From NCBI GenBank assembly GCA_038214755.1, contig JBBQRQ010000072.1:1-26378 (forward strand): a stretch of 26,378 nt of DNA. The letters run 5' to 3'. Both the position numbers and the translations under genes were made by a program. Below, one piece after another: positions 18,094 to 26,033 of this stretch (its first letter is position 1; each line of letters starts with the position of its first letter). The DNA is from Verrucomicrobiota bacterium. Its GTDB lineage: Bacteria > Verrucomicrobiota > Verrucomicrobiia > Limisphaerales > CANJXF01. The notes under the pieces are model-generated. The model was given only the letters and a program-made list of their open reading frames with translations. It made no database searches and was not told where the DNA came from.

Positions 18094-18885
18094 ATGCAGC
18101 CCAAAACCGAGGAGTTTCTGAACCTTCTGCTCTGGTCGGCTGACCAACTCTTGCGCCCCACCTTTCGCAACCTGACCGACTCCTACGAAGGCTGGGCCTA
18201 TCGCAATGGCCTCCTCCGCCAGACGGTTGCCTTGGAAAAGCAACAATTGCTGGAACGGGACGCCACTTCGCCGGATGACCGATTGTTTCGCCTTACGGCA
18301 CGGGGGAGGTTGCACGCTCTGGGCGGGCGCGACCCGGAGGAACGTTGGGCGCGACCATGGGACGGACAATGGCGGATGGTGCTCTTTGACGTGCCCATGG
18401 GACAGAACGCGCAACGCGAACGACTGCGCCGCTATCTCCGCGACAAAGGCTTCGGTCACTTGCAAAACAGCGTGTGGATAACACCCGATCCGCTGGCGGG
18501 GGAACGGCTGATTCTCGCCGGCGGAAAGATCAATGTGGAATCCCTTGTCCTCTTGGAAGCGCGGCCCTGCGCGGGGGAATCGGACGCGGAAATCGTGGCG
18601 GGCGCGTGGGACTACCCGCGCATCAACCGTGGTTATGCACGGCATCTCAAAGTGCTTGGGGAGCGACCGATGGGCGCATTGCGGAACGCCGCCGCGGCGA
18701 AGGTGTTGTTGCGCTGGTCACAGGCAGAGCGCGAGGCCTGGATGGATGTGGTGACGAACGACCCGCTGTTACCCGGCCGGATTCTGCCGTCGGATTATTT
18801 GGGCCAACAAGCGTGGCGGCGGCGGGTGGAAGTGCTGCGCGACGCCGGCCGACAACTCCGGACATTCCAACCACTCAAGAACTGA
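18094..18885 (+). CDS. PaaX-family protein (winged-helix-like N-terminus, Cas2-like middle domain, PaaX C-terminal-like domain)
   Basis: LEKQQLLER...FRLTARG; WDGQWRMVLFDVP...R.RLRRYL...GFGHLQNSVWITP; AWD...IN..Y and DPLLP..ILPSDYLG. No paa catabolic genes in the window. Confidence 0.8.
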   Translation: MQPKTEEFLNLLLWSADQLLRPTFRNLTDSYEGWAYRNGLLRQTVALEKQQLLERDATSPDDRLFRLTARGRLHALGGRDPEERWARPWDGQWRMVLFDVPMGQNAQRERLRRYLRDKGFGHLQNSVWITPDPLAGERLILAGGKINVESLVLLEARPCAGESDAEIVAGAWDYPRINRGYARHLKVLGERPMGALRNAAAAKVLLRWSQAEREAWMDVVTNDPLLPGRILPSDYLGQQAWRRRVEVLRDAGRQLRTFQPLKN

Positions 18886-18886
18886 G

Positions 18887-18915
18887 ACGATCTTTTGTTG
18901 CATATGCAACAAAAG
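18887..18915. repeat. 29-bp direct repeat, right copy, palindromic
   Basis: ACGATCTTTTGTTGCATATGCAACAAAAG starting one base after the TGA stop; 24-bp perfect palindrome at 18892-18915. Confidence 0.95.
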
Positions 18916-18975
18916 GTTGTTCGAGGAGACTCTCGGTTCAAACCATGATTGGAGGCAGCGATGAACTTCGTCCGA

Positions 18976-20358
18976 TCAAGCGCCCACTTGCTGTTTGATC
19001 GCGTCGCAGATTTTTTGGCTCCAACGATGGAGCACCGCGGCGTCGCGGCCTTCCATCAGCAAGCGCGCTTTGGGTTCCGTGCCGGAGTAACGCAGGAACA
19101 CGCGACCGCCCTCCGGTTTCACTTCCGCTTCCGCTTGCGCGACCGCATCCAACACGCCGTCGAGTTGGTCGAACGGTTTTTTTTCGCGGACACGAACATT
19201 GGAAATCAATTGGGGAAATCGCGTCCAGCAATCGACGAGTTCTGAAAGCGTTTTTCCGCGCGACTTCATGATGCGTAAAATTTGCAATGCGGCGACAAGT
19301 CCATCTCCAGTCGTGCCGTAGTCGCTGAAAATCAAATGGCCACTCTGTTCGCCGCCAAAATTAAATCCATTGCGCAACATTTCATCGATCACATTTCTGT
19401 CGCCCACTGGAGTTCGCACGATTTTTCCTCCCGCCGCGTGAATCGCAGCATCAACCCCAGCATTGCTCATCACCGTTGTGACCAAAGTTTTTTTGGCCAA
19501 ACGATTTTGCGCGAGCAGATCCAATCCGGCTACGGCCATGATGTCGTCGCCGTCGATCACATTCCCTTTTTCGTCGCAGAGAATCACCCGGTCAGCGTCG
19601 CCATCGTGCGCGATGCCGAGGTCGGCGCGCATCTCGCGAACTTTGCGCGCGAGATTTTCGGGGTGCATCGAACCGCAATCCTGGTTGATGTTCGTGCCGT
19701 TCGGTTGATTGCCGAAAACAAAAACTTCGGCGGCAAGCTCGCGCAAAACGCACGGCGTCGATTTGTAAGCTGCGCCGTGAGCGCAATCGACGACGATGCG
19801 CAAACCTTCCAGAGTCGAGCCGCGCGGAAAGGAGGCTTTGGCGAATTCGATGTAGCGGCCCAGCGCGTCGTCGATGCGCACCGCTTTTCCAATTTCGCCG
19901 GCGGTCGGGCGAATGTTTTCGATGTCGCCGCTGAAAACCAATTGTTCGATGCTCGCTTCGATATTGTCGTCGAGTTTGTAACCGTCGGCGCGAAAAAATT
20001 TTATGCCGTTGTCGTCATACGGATTGTGCGACGCGGTGATGACGATGCCGGCGTCAGCGCGCAAACTGCGAGTGACGTAGGCGACGCCGGGCGTGGGCAG
20101 AGGGCCGATAAATAAAACGTCCACGCCCATCGAGAGAATCCCGGACGAGAGCGCATTCTCCAACATGTAGCCGGAGAGCCGCGTGTCTTTGCCAATGACG
20201 ATTTGGTGTTTACCCCTCCCGCGCGGTTGAGTTTCGAGATGTTTGAAAACGTGAGCGGCGGCGCGGCCCAGTTTGAGCGCCGTTTCCGCCGTGACCGGTT
20301 CAACGTTGGCGGTCCCGCGAACGCCATCGGTGCCGAAGATTTTTTTGGGAGAAGTCAT
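18976..20358 (-). CDS. glmM: Phosphoglucosamine mutase
   Basis: FGTDGVRG, GKDTRLSGYMLE, catalytic TASHNP, metal loop DGDADR, GGEQSGH, RYSGTEP. Confidence 0.97.
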   Translation of the reverse strand: MTSPKKIFGTDGVRGTANVEPVTAETALKLGRAAAHVFKHLETQPRGRGKHQIVIGKDTRLSGYMLENALSSGILSMGVDVLFIGPLPTPGVAYVTRSLRADAGIVITASHNPYDDNGIKFFRADGYKLDDNIEASIEQLVFSGDIENIRPTAGEIGKAVRIDDALGRYIEFAKASFPRGSTLEGLRIVVDCAHGAAYKSTPCVLRELAAEVFVFGNQPNGTNINQDCGSMHPENLARKVREMRADLGIAHDGDADRVILCDEKGNVIDGDDIMAVAGLDLLAQNRLAKKTLVTTVMSNAGVDAAIHAAGGKIVRTPVGDRNVIDEMLRNGFNFGGEQSGHLIFSDYGTTGDGLVAALQILRIMKSRGKTLSELVDCWTRFPQLISNVRVREKKPFDQLDGVLDAVAQAEAEVKPEGGRVFLRYSGTEPKARLLMEGRDAAVLHRWSQKICDAIKQQVGA

Positions 20359-20383
20359 GCGCGAAAACTACACGAAAAATTTC

Positions 20384-20800
20384 TCAAGGGGAAACTTGTT
20401 CGACATTCACCGTGCGCGGTTCCACGCGGAAGGCGGTGGTGCCGGTGGGAAGGTCCAACTTTACCTGCTGATTGGTTTCGTGCGAAGAACGAACACTCGT
20501 TAAATCCACGAACACGGAAATATTTTGCGCGGTGAGATCTCGCAGAATCGCCTCCTCGCCGACGACAGTCAGGACGACTTCTTTGGGATGAACTTTGAAA
20601 ACTCGTGTGTCGCCGGGCTGACTTAAAATGCGAATCGGCACGCCCGAAAATTGTTTGGTGGTGGGATTGATGATCAGAGCTTCTGGAGATCGCAATCCGC
20701 TCTGAATCCCAAAATGAATGGCGAACCAGATCAATGTCGCCAACAACAGCGAAAAAAGTTTCAGCCAAAAATGGTGGAGGATAAGCGCGCGAATGGACAT
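20384..20800 (-). CDS. cdaR: CdaR/YbbR-like protein (N-terminal TM helix and one YbbR-like domain)
   Basis: WLKLFSLLLATLIWF anchor, P.EV.LTV.G.......L...I.VFVDL motif; located between cdaA and glmM; ATG at 20800 chosen. Confidence 0.75.
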   Translation of the reverse strand: MSIRALILHHFWLKLFSLLLATLIWFAIHFGIQSGLRSPEALIINPTTKQFSGVPIRILSQPGDTRVFKVHPKEVVLTVVGEEAILRDLTAQNISVFVDLTSVRSSHETNQQVKLDLPTGTTAFRVEPRTVNVEQVSP

Positions 20801-20833
20801 GGTTTCTAAGCGGTAACGATTCGGTTGGAATTC

Positions 20834-20982
20834 AACGCGAAGGCGCAAAGAAACCATGACACGACGACACCGGAGCGCCGGTTTGCAACCGGCTTAACCT
20901 CGGCGCCTTGACTAAAGCCGGTTCCAAACCGGCGCTCCATGGTGGGGATTTTTGCGCCTTCGCACCTTTGCCTCTTTGCGTT
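20834..20982. repeat. Nested element: GGAG-type REP-like pair inside inverted octamer-array arms
   Basis: Inner GGAGCGCCGGTTT...AAACCGGCGCTCC (20872-20938). Outer GCGAAGGCGCAAA (20837-20849) and TTTGCGCCTTCGC (20951-20963) are perfectly complementary, followed by more 8-mer units ending CTTTGCGTT. Confidence 0.85.
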
Positions 20983-21002
20983 AAAAGTTTTTTGCATGGT
21001 TA

Positions 21003-21848
21003 CTAGGAATCAATTTTAGCCGCGACAACTCCGTTGACCGAAACGCGACCGGCCTTCCACGAGCGAAATCTTTCGACTAGATTTCGAGATCTGTTTCGCG
21101 AAACAAAGACGGAGGTGAGAAACGCGCGAAGCTTTTCCAACGTGACGCCACGAACGAGTTGCCCTTTGTAGGCGTAGGAAATCGCGCCCGTCTCCTCGGA
21201 CACGATGACGACGATGGCATCAGTTTCTTCGCTCAAACCAATGGCGGCGCGGTGTCGCGTGCCGAGCGACGGATGCAAATCCTGGCGTTGCGTCAGCGGG
21301 AAAATGCAGGCGGCGTAGGCGATGCGATCTCCTTTAAGAATAACGCCGCCATCATGCACGGCGTTGTTCGGAAAAAAAATCGTCTCCAACATTTCCGGCG
21401 TCGCTTCGCAATCGATCCGAATGCCCGACTCAACTTCCTCCTGAAGCTGAATGGATTGTTCGATGGCGATGAGCGCTCCGATTTTTACTTCGGAAAGACG
21501 TTCGACCGTCTGGATGATGACTTCGATATTTTCGCGCTGTTCCTGAGTGGTGCGAAAAAGCGGCTTGTTGCCCAGTTCGGCCAGGATGCGTCGCAGTTCC
21601 GGTTGAAAAATAATCAGCACCGCGATGGCGGAAAAAGCGACAAAAGAACGGAGCAGCCAGTTGAGAACTTCCAGTTTCAGCGCGCCCGCCAAAACGGTCA
21701 TCGTCACCAGTACGACGACAAAGCCATAGACGACCGGAGCGCCGCGCGTGCCGCGAACGAAATCGAAAGCGTGATAAAGAACGACGGTGAGAATGACCAC
21801 CTCGAGGACAGGCCGCCAACTCACTTTTAAGATTTCCAAAGGGTCCAT
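21003..21848 (-). CDS. cdaA: Diadenylate cyclase (membrane-bound CdaA/DacA)
   Basis: Three N-terminal TM segments, IFQPELRRIL, IGALIAIE, HDGG, GTRHRAA, VSEETG. Confidence 0.93.
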   Translation of the reverse strand: MDPLEILKVSWRPVLEVVILTVVLYHAFDFVRGTRGAPVVYGFVVVLVTMTVLAGALKLEVLNWLLRSFVAFSAIAVLIIFQPELRRILAELGNKPLFRTTQEQRENIEVIIQTVERLSEVKIGALIAIEQSIQLQEEVESGIRIDCEATPEMLETIFFPNNAVHDGGVILKGDRIAYAACIFPLTQRQDLHPSLGTRHRAAIGLSEETDAIVVIVSEETGAISYAYKGQLVRGVTLEKLRAFLTSVFVSRNRSRNLVERFRSWKAGRVSVNGVVAAKIDS

Positions 21849-21854
21849 TTTTTT

Positions 21855-21954
21855 TGTAGCGGCGCGTCTGTGACCGCCGCTGATTTGGTCTTAAATGGCG
21901 GCGCTCACAGAGACGCCGCTACAGATCAGTGCGGCATTCACAGACGCCGCTTCA
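21855..21954. repeat. GTAG-type REP-like palindrome with a third degenerate copy overlapping the folP stop
   Basis: TGTAGCGGCG (21855-21864) and CGCCGCTACA (21914-21923) are perfectly complementary; CGGCATTCACAGACGCCGCTTCA (21932-21954) resembles the right arm. Confidence 0.85.
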
Positions 21955-22786
21955 GATTTTTCAAAAGATTTTCCGTCATCGCAACCGCTTGTTTCGTTGC
22001 CGCGACTTCGTGAGTGCGAATTATTTTCGCGCCCGCTCGCACTGCCCAACATTCGCAGGCCAACGAGGCGGGAAGACGTTCCGAAACTTTTGCGCCGCGA
22101 TCCTGGCTGAGAAACGATTTTCGCGAAACTCCCATGAGCAGCGGACGGTTCCATTTCGTAAAATTGCCCAAATTGCCGAGCAACTGCAAATTATGTTGCG
22201 CAGTTTTTCCGAAGCCGATGCCCACGTCCAAAATGATTTGCTCTGCATTGACACCCGCCGACGCCAAAAGATTCAATCGCTCCGCGAAAAATTTATTCAC
22301 GTCAGCGACCACGTCGATGTAAGACGGATTTTGTTGCATGGTTTGCGGTGTGCCTTGCATGTGCATGAGGACGTAGCCAGCGCCAGTTTTCGCCACGATG
22401 CGCCACATTTCGTTGTCGGTGCGATTGGCTGCGATGTCGTTGATGATGCTCGCGCCCGCGTCAATGGCGGCGCGAGCAACGGCGGGCTTCATCGTGTCGA
22501 TGGAAATGGGAATGGAAATTTTTTTTGCCAGGCGTTCAATGACGGGAATGACGCGGCGCAATTCTTCTTCCTCCGCCACCGGTGTGGCGCGCGGTCGAGT
22601 CGATTCTCCGCCGATGTCGATAATGTCCGCGCCTTGCGAAATTAAATCCAACGCGTGATTGATGGCAGATTCTGAATCGAAAAATTTTCCACCATCGGAA
22701 AAAGAATCCGGCGTCACGTTGACGATGCCCATGACCAGCGTGGGGCGGGGGAAAGTAAATTCAAAATTTCGGGCGCGAAGAAGCAT
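21938..22786 (-). CDS. folP: Dihydropteroate synthase
   Basis: MGIVNVTPDSFSDGG, GADIIDIGGESTRP, SIDT, INDI, LMHMQGTPQTMQ, DVGIGFGK, GVSRKSF, IIRTHEV; ATG at 22786 chosen. Confidence 0.97.
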   Translation of the reverse strand: MLLRARNFEFTFPRPTLVMGIVNVTPDSFSDGGKFFDSESAINHALDLISQGADIIDIGGESTRPRATPVAEEEELRRVIPVIERLAKKISIPISIDTMKPAVARAAIDAGASIINDIAANRTDNEMWRIVAKTGAGYVLMHMQGTPQTMQQNPSYIDVVADVNKFFAERLNLLASAGVNAEQIILDVGIGFGKTAQHNLQLLGNLGNFTKWNRPLLMGVSRKSFLSQDRGAKVSERLPASLACECWAVRAGAKIIRTHEVAATKQAVAMTENLLKNLKRRL

Positions 22787-22856
22787 CGCAGAAATAATGG
22801 CGCGAAGCCGCAATGACTGTCGAGCGTCTTGGCTTCAAGATTACCTCGGACCATGG

Positions 22857-23177
22857 TTAGGCGTTTCGTTCGATGCGGTGATGCCAATATCCAGGCTCTC
22901 GGCTACAGTGCATGACGGCATAAATGGTGACGCGTTCCTGTTGCGACTCCCATCGGTAGTAAATGACGAACGGGAAGCGGCTGAAGACATAGCGCCGAAT
23001 CTCCGGCTCCTCGACAACGCGCCACCGAATTGGAGCGGCGACCAAGGTCGTGATAGCAAACTCGACAGCCGTAACAAATCCGTCCGCCACTTGGGCTGAA
23101 GCTTCGTGGAGATAGTAGTTCGCGGCTTCCTCATATTCGGAAAGTGCCTCGGGATGAAAACCGTAGCTCGTAGCCAT
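22857..23177 (-). CDS. Type II toxin, RelE/ParE family
   Basis: FHPEA..EY.EA..YY, IRRY...RFPFVIYY, I.AVMH.SREPGYW..R; its start overlaps the antitoxin stop (TGATG). Confidence 0.88.
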   Translation of the reverse strand: MATSYGFHPEALSEYEEAANYYLHEASAQVADGFVTAVEFAITTLVAAPIRWRVVEEPEIRRYVFSRFPFVIYYRWESQQERVTIYAVMHCSREPGYWHHRIERNA

Positions 23178-23425
23178 CAGTTTGGCGCGCGTGAAGGGGC
23201 CAGGAGTTGGCGAACCCGAGCAAGAGCGTCGTCGCCCGGAATAAGTGCGACCTCTCCAGACTCGACCTGCGCGACACGCCGACGAACCTCGGCAATCTGG
23301 GCCGCTGCGATGTCCGGTGGAATGTCGTGGGCGAGGCTCTCCATGATACGGTCGGCGAGTTCGGCGCGTTCAGGGGCAGAAAGCTGCTCTACCTTTTCGA
23401 GGATGTGTGAAACGGCTTGAGTCAT
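23177..23425 (-). CDS. Putative antitoxin, addiction module component (TIGR02574-like)
   Basis: 82 aa from ATG 23425; LSAPERAELADRIMESL and EVRRRVAQVESGEVALIP; directly upstream of the toxin; preceded by TTGCCC-N16-TATCCT. Confidence 0.85.
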   Translation of the reverse strand: MTQAVSHILEKVEQLSAPERAELADRIMESLAHDIPPDIAAAQIAEVRRRVAQVESGEVALIPGDDALARVRQLLAPSRAPN

Positions 23426-23521
23426 GAAATCAGGATAGAAGCGCTTTGGATTCGGGCAAGCGTGCAGACACCAAACCCGGTTGGCGCCTTGCTGAAAGAT
23501 TTGAAACATTGAGACGTACGG

Positions 23522-23908
23522 TCATGTCTGCTGCCTCTCTTTCGCGAATCTGCGCGCCTGAAACAATTCGAAAATGCCGTAAGCCAAAAAGCAAGCTCCG
23601 AGGATAATGATGAAGCCAAATCGCTCCATGTCTGTAAGCCCCCATGCAATGAAAATGGCCCCAGTAATCAAATTGAACGTAGCCGCGCTCGACCGAATCT
23701 TGCGACCTGACTCAAGTATTCGTGCCGTCTGCGGTGAAAGCTTGAGGCTGCGGTCAACGAGCGCGACGACAGCCCGAACGTCTTCCTCGCATCGTCCGCG
23801 ACAGGCCAGTCCCTTCCCAACGTCAGCCGCACAGTCTGGACACAAACCTTTGCCGCACGACTTGCAACTGCCAACTGCCTCTTTGTCTTGATGGTAGAAA
23901 CAACGCAT
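23522..23908 (-). CDS. Small membrane protein with N-terminal B-box-like zinc-binding motif
   Basis: CxxH-x8-CxxC-x4-CxxC-x9-CxxxC, then two hydrophobic helices. Confidence 0.75.
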   Translation of the reverse strand: MRCFYHQDKEAVGSCKSCGKGLCPDCAADVGKGLACRGRCEEDVRAVVALVDRSLKLSPQTARILESGRKIRSSAATFNLITGAIFIAWGLTDMERFGFIIILGACFLAYGIFELFQARRFAKERQQT

Positions 23909-24141
23909 AGATTCTTGAGAGACGCGAGTGTGGTCTAACAGTTTAGTCCACCGCCCGCATATTGGCCTACTGGAATAGGAGACACTCGGTCGCGCATACG
24001 GGCAAAAAGAATGCCGGACAAAATTTGTGTCAGGTTGTCTTCTCTTCGCATCAGCGAAGCATCTTCGCCACGGTCACAAGCGCAAGCGGAAAAATAATGT
24101 TTGTCGGAAAAAATGAGAAGTTTTGCGGCTGAAAGTTTTCT

Positions 24142-24552
24142 TCAGTACGTTTCTGAACGGCGCGCCTCTTTTGAAATTTGGATCAGTTCAATTTCGTAAC
24201 CTTCGGGCGCATCGATAAAAGCAAATCCGCCGCTGCCATCAGGTCGCATGGTTGGGCCGTCGGAATATTTCAAGCCAAGCGACGCCAAATGTTTCCCGAA
24301 TCCTTCCAGGCTCTCGACTTCAAACGCCAGATGCGTCAAGTCGGGTTGCACTTGCACTGGTCCCGCTTTTGGAAAATGGCAAAGCTCAATCAACTCTTCG
24401 CTTTCAGGCGCTTTCAGAAAAACCAATTCCGATCCTCGCGGAGATTTGTGGCGTCGCACTTCGTCGAGGCCGAGGACCTCTTTGTAAAATTTCACCGAAC
24501 GTTCCAGATCGTTAAGACGATAGCGGGTGTGGAGAAGTTTTTTTGCTTTCAT
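24142..24552 (-). CDS. VOC family protein, probable lactoylglutathione lyase (glyoxalase I)
   Basis: LLHTRYRLNDLERSVKFY..VLGL, IEL, HLAFEV, FIDAPEGYEIELI (H/E/H/E metal ligands); ATG at 24552. Confidence 0.85.
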   Translation of the reverse strand: MKAKKLLHTRYRLNDLERSVKFYKEVLGLDEVRRHKSPRGSELVFLKAPESEELIELCHFPKAGPVQVQPDLTHLAFEVESLEGFGKHLASLGLKYSDGPTMRPDGSGGFAFIDAPEGYEIELIQISKEARRSETY

Positions 24553-24646
24553 GGAAAAAACGATAATCGTTCCGACACGAACTGTCATGGCGCTTTTTGG
24601 AATCGGTGATTGGAAATCGCTGGCTACTTTTCTATCGTTTCTCGCG

Positions 24647-25819
24647 ATGAAAACTTCTGAAATATTTTGCGGTGTGGTGGGCTGCTTCATAACTTGCGGC
24701 ATGTTTAGTTCGGTGGCAGCCGAGGAAGAAAATCGCGATGAACTTTTTGTTTACTTTGGCTCCTCCTCCCGCAAACCCGGTCACGGCATTTATGTTTCGC
24801 GACTGAATCCGGCCACTGGAAATTTATCCTCGCCGAGCCTCGCGGCGGAAATTGCCAATCCCGGTTTTCTCGCGCTCCATTCTTCCCGCTCTTTTCTCTA
24901 CGCCATCGGCGCGCCTGTCACCGCCAAAACAAACGACGGCACAGTCAACGCTTTTGCCATGGATTCCCACACCGGCCGGTTGACTTTTTTAAACCAACAA
25001 TCTTCCGGCGGACCAGGGCCTTGTCATCTCGTCGTGGATAAATCAGGACGATGGGTTCTCGTTGCCAATTATGCCGGCGGCAGCGTCGCGGTGTTGCCGA
25101 TTCACGCAGATGGGCGGCTTGGAGAACTTACCGAATTTATTCAGCACACCGGATCGAGCGTCCATCCGCAGCGCCAGAAAGAAGCGCACGCCCATTCCAT
25201 CAATCTCGATCCAGGAAATCGTTTGGCGTTCGTGGCAGACCTGGGCATCGACAAAGTGATGATTTATAAATTTGACGCGGCGCGGGGAAGGCTGGTGGCC
25301 AACCATCCTGCTTTCGCACTCGTGAAAAAAGGCGCCGGTCCCCGCCATTTTACGTTTCATCCCAATGGCCGCTTCGCCTATGTCATCAACGAAATGGATT
25401 GCTCGGCCACTGCCTTCGCCTTCGACAACACGCGAGGAGACTTGAAAGAAACGCAAACGATTTCCCTCCTGCCGAACGGGGAGAAAGTTAAAGCCGGTTT
25501 CAGCGGCGCGGAGGTTCAAGCTCATCCGTCGGGAAAATTTCTTTACGGCTCCACGCGAGGCCACGACAGCATCACGGTTTTCTCCATCGACAAAAAAACC
25601 GGAGCACTGACTTTTGTGCAAAACGAATCAACGCAGGGAAAAGTTCCGCGCAATTTTGGGATTGATCCGACGGGGCAAATTTTGTTGGCGGCCAATCAGG
25701 ATTCGGACAGCGTGGTCGTTTTTCGAATCGATGCGAAGAGTGGAAGGATCACTCCCACCGGCCAAACAATTGAAGTGCCAAATCCCGTTTGCGTTAAGTT
25801 TTTGCCGAGGGCGCGTTAG
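24647..25819 (+). CDS. pgl: Lactonase family beta-propeller (6-phosphogluconolactonase/YbhE-like), likely exported
   Basis: GPCHL, VANYAGGSV, AHAHSI, ADLGID, GAGPRH, YVINE, LYGSTRGHDSI, PRNF, ANQDSD; signal-peptide-like N-terminus from ATG 24647. Confidence 0.85.
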   Translation: MKTSEIFCGVVGCFITCGMFSSVAAEEENRDELFVYFGSSSRKPGHGIYVSRLNPATGNLSSPSLAAEIANPGFLALHSSRSFLYAIGAPVTAKTNDGTVNAFAMDSHTGRLTFLNQQSSGGPGPCHLVVDKSGRWVLVANYAGGSVAVLPIHADGRLGELTEFIQHTGSSVHPQRQKEAHAHSINLDPGNRLAFVADLGIDKVMIYKFDAARGRLVANHPAFALVKKGAGPRHFTFHPNGRFAYVINEMDCSATAFAFDNTRGDLKETQTISLLPNGEKVKAGFSGAEVQAHPSGKFLYGSTRGHDSITVFSIDKKTGALTFVQNESTQGKVPRNFGIDPTGQILLAANQDSDSVVVFRIDAKSGRITPTGQTIEVPNPVCVKFLPRAR

Positions 25820-25824
25820 GCGAA

Positions 25825-25991
25825 AATCCGAAATCCGCGGCCGAAAGAAATCCGAACACCGAAATCCGAGAACGAAATTCACCGAGTTGCGGCAGTGGAG
25901 GGGTGGTGGCCAAACATTTTTCCTAACGCTCGTCGAAAGGCCTTTTCGGATTTCGACCCTCTTTCGGATTTCGGGGATTCGGATTTCGGAT
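25825..25991. repeat. Inverted heptamer-array element (CGAAATC / GATTTCG units)
   Basis: Left arm AATCCGAAATCCG..GAAATCCGAA..CCGAAATCCGA; right arm TTCGGATTTCG..TTCGGATTTCGG..TTCGGATTTCGGA; ~70-bp unique spacer; lies between convergent pgl and tRNA. Confidence 0.85.
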
Positions 25992-26033
25992 GTCACGCTG
26001 CCAGCTAATCCGCGCGGCGGGATAAAATTGAAA

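Noticed and set aside
18024..18915. CRISPR array or true cas2 locus
   Set aside because: Only two repeats, separated by an 834-bp gene-containing interval; no cas1 or other cas genes; the protein is full PaaX length and not a ~100-aa Cas2.
25815..25821. GTTAGGC integron-like core at the pgl stop
   Set aside because: Isolated 7-mer in the wrong orientation for a cassette end, with no partner site; chance match.
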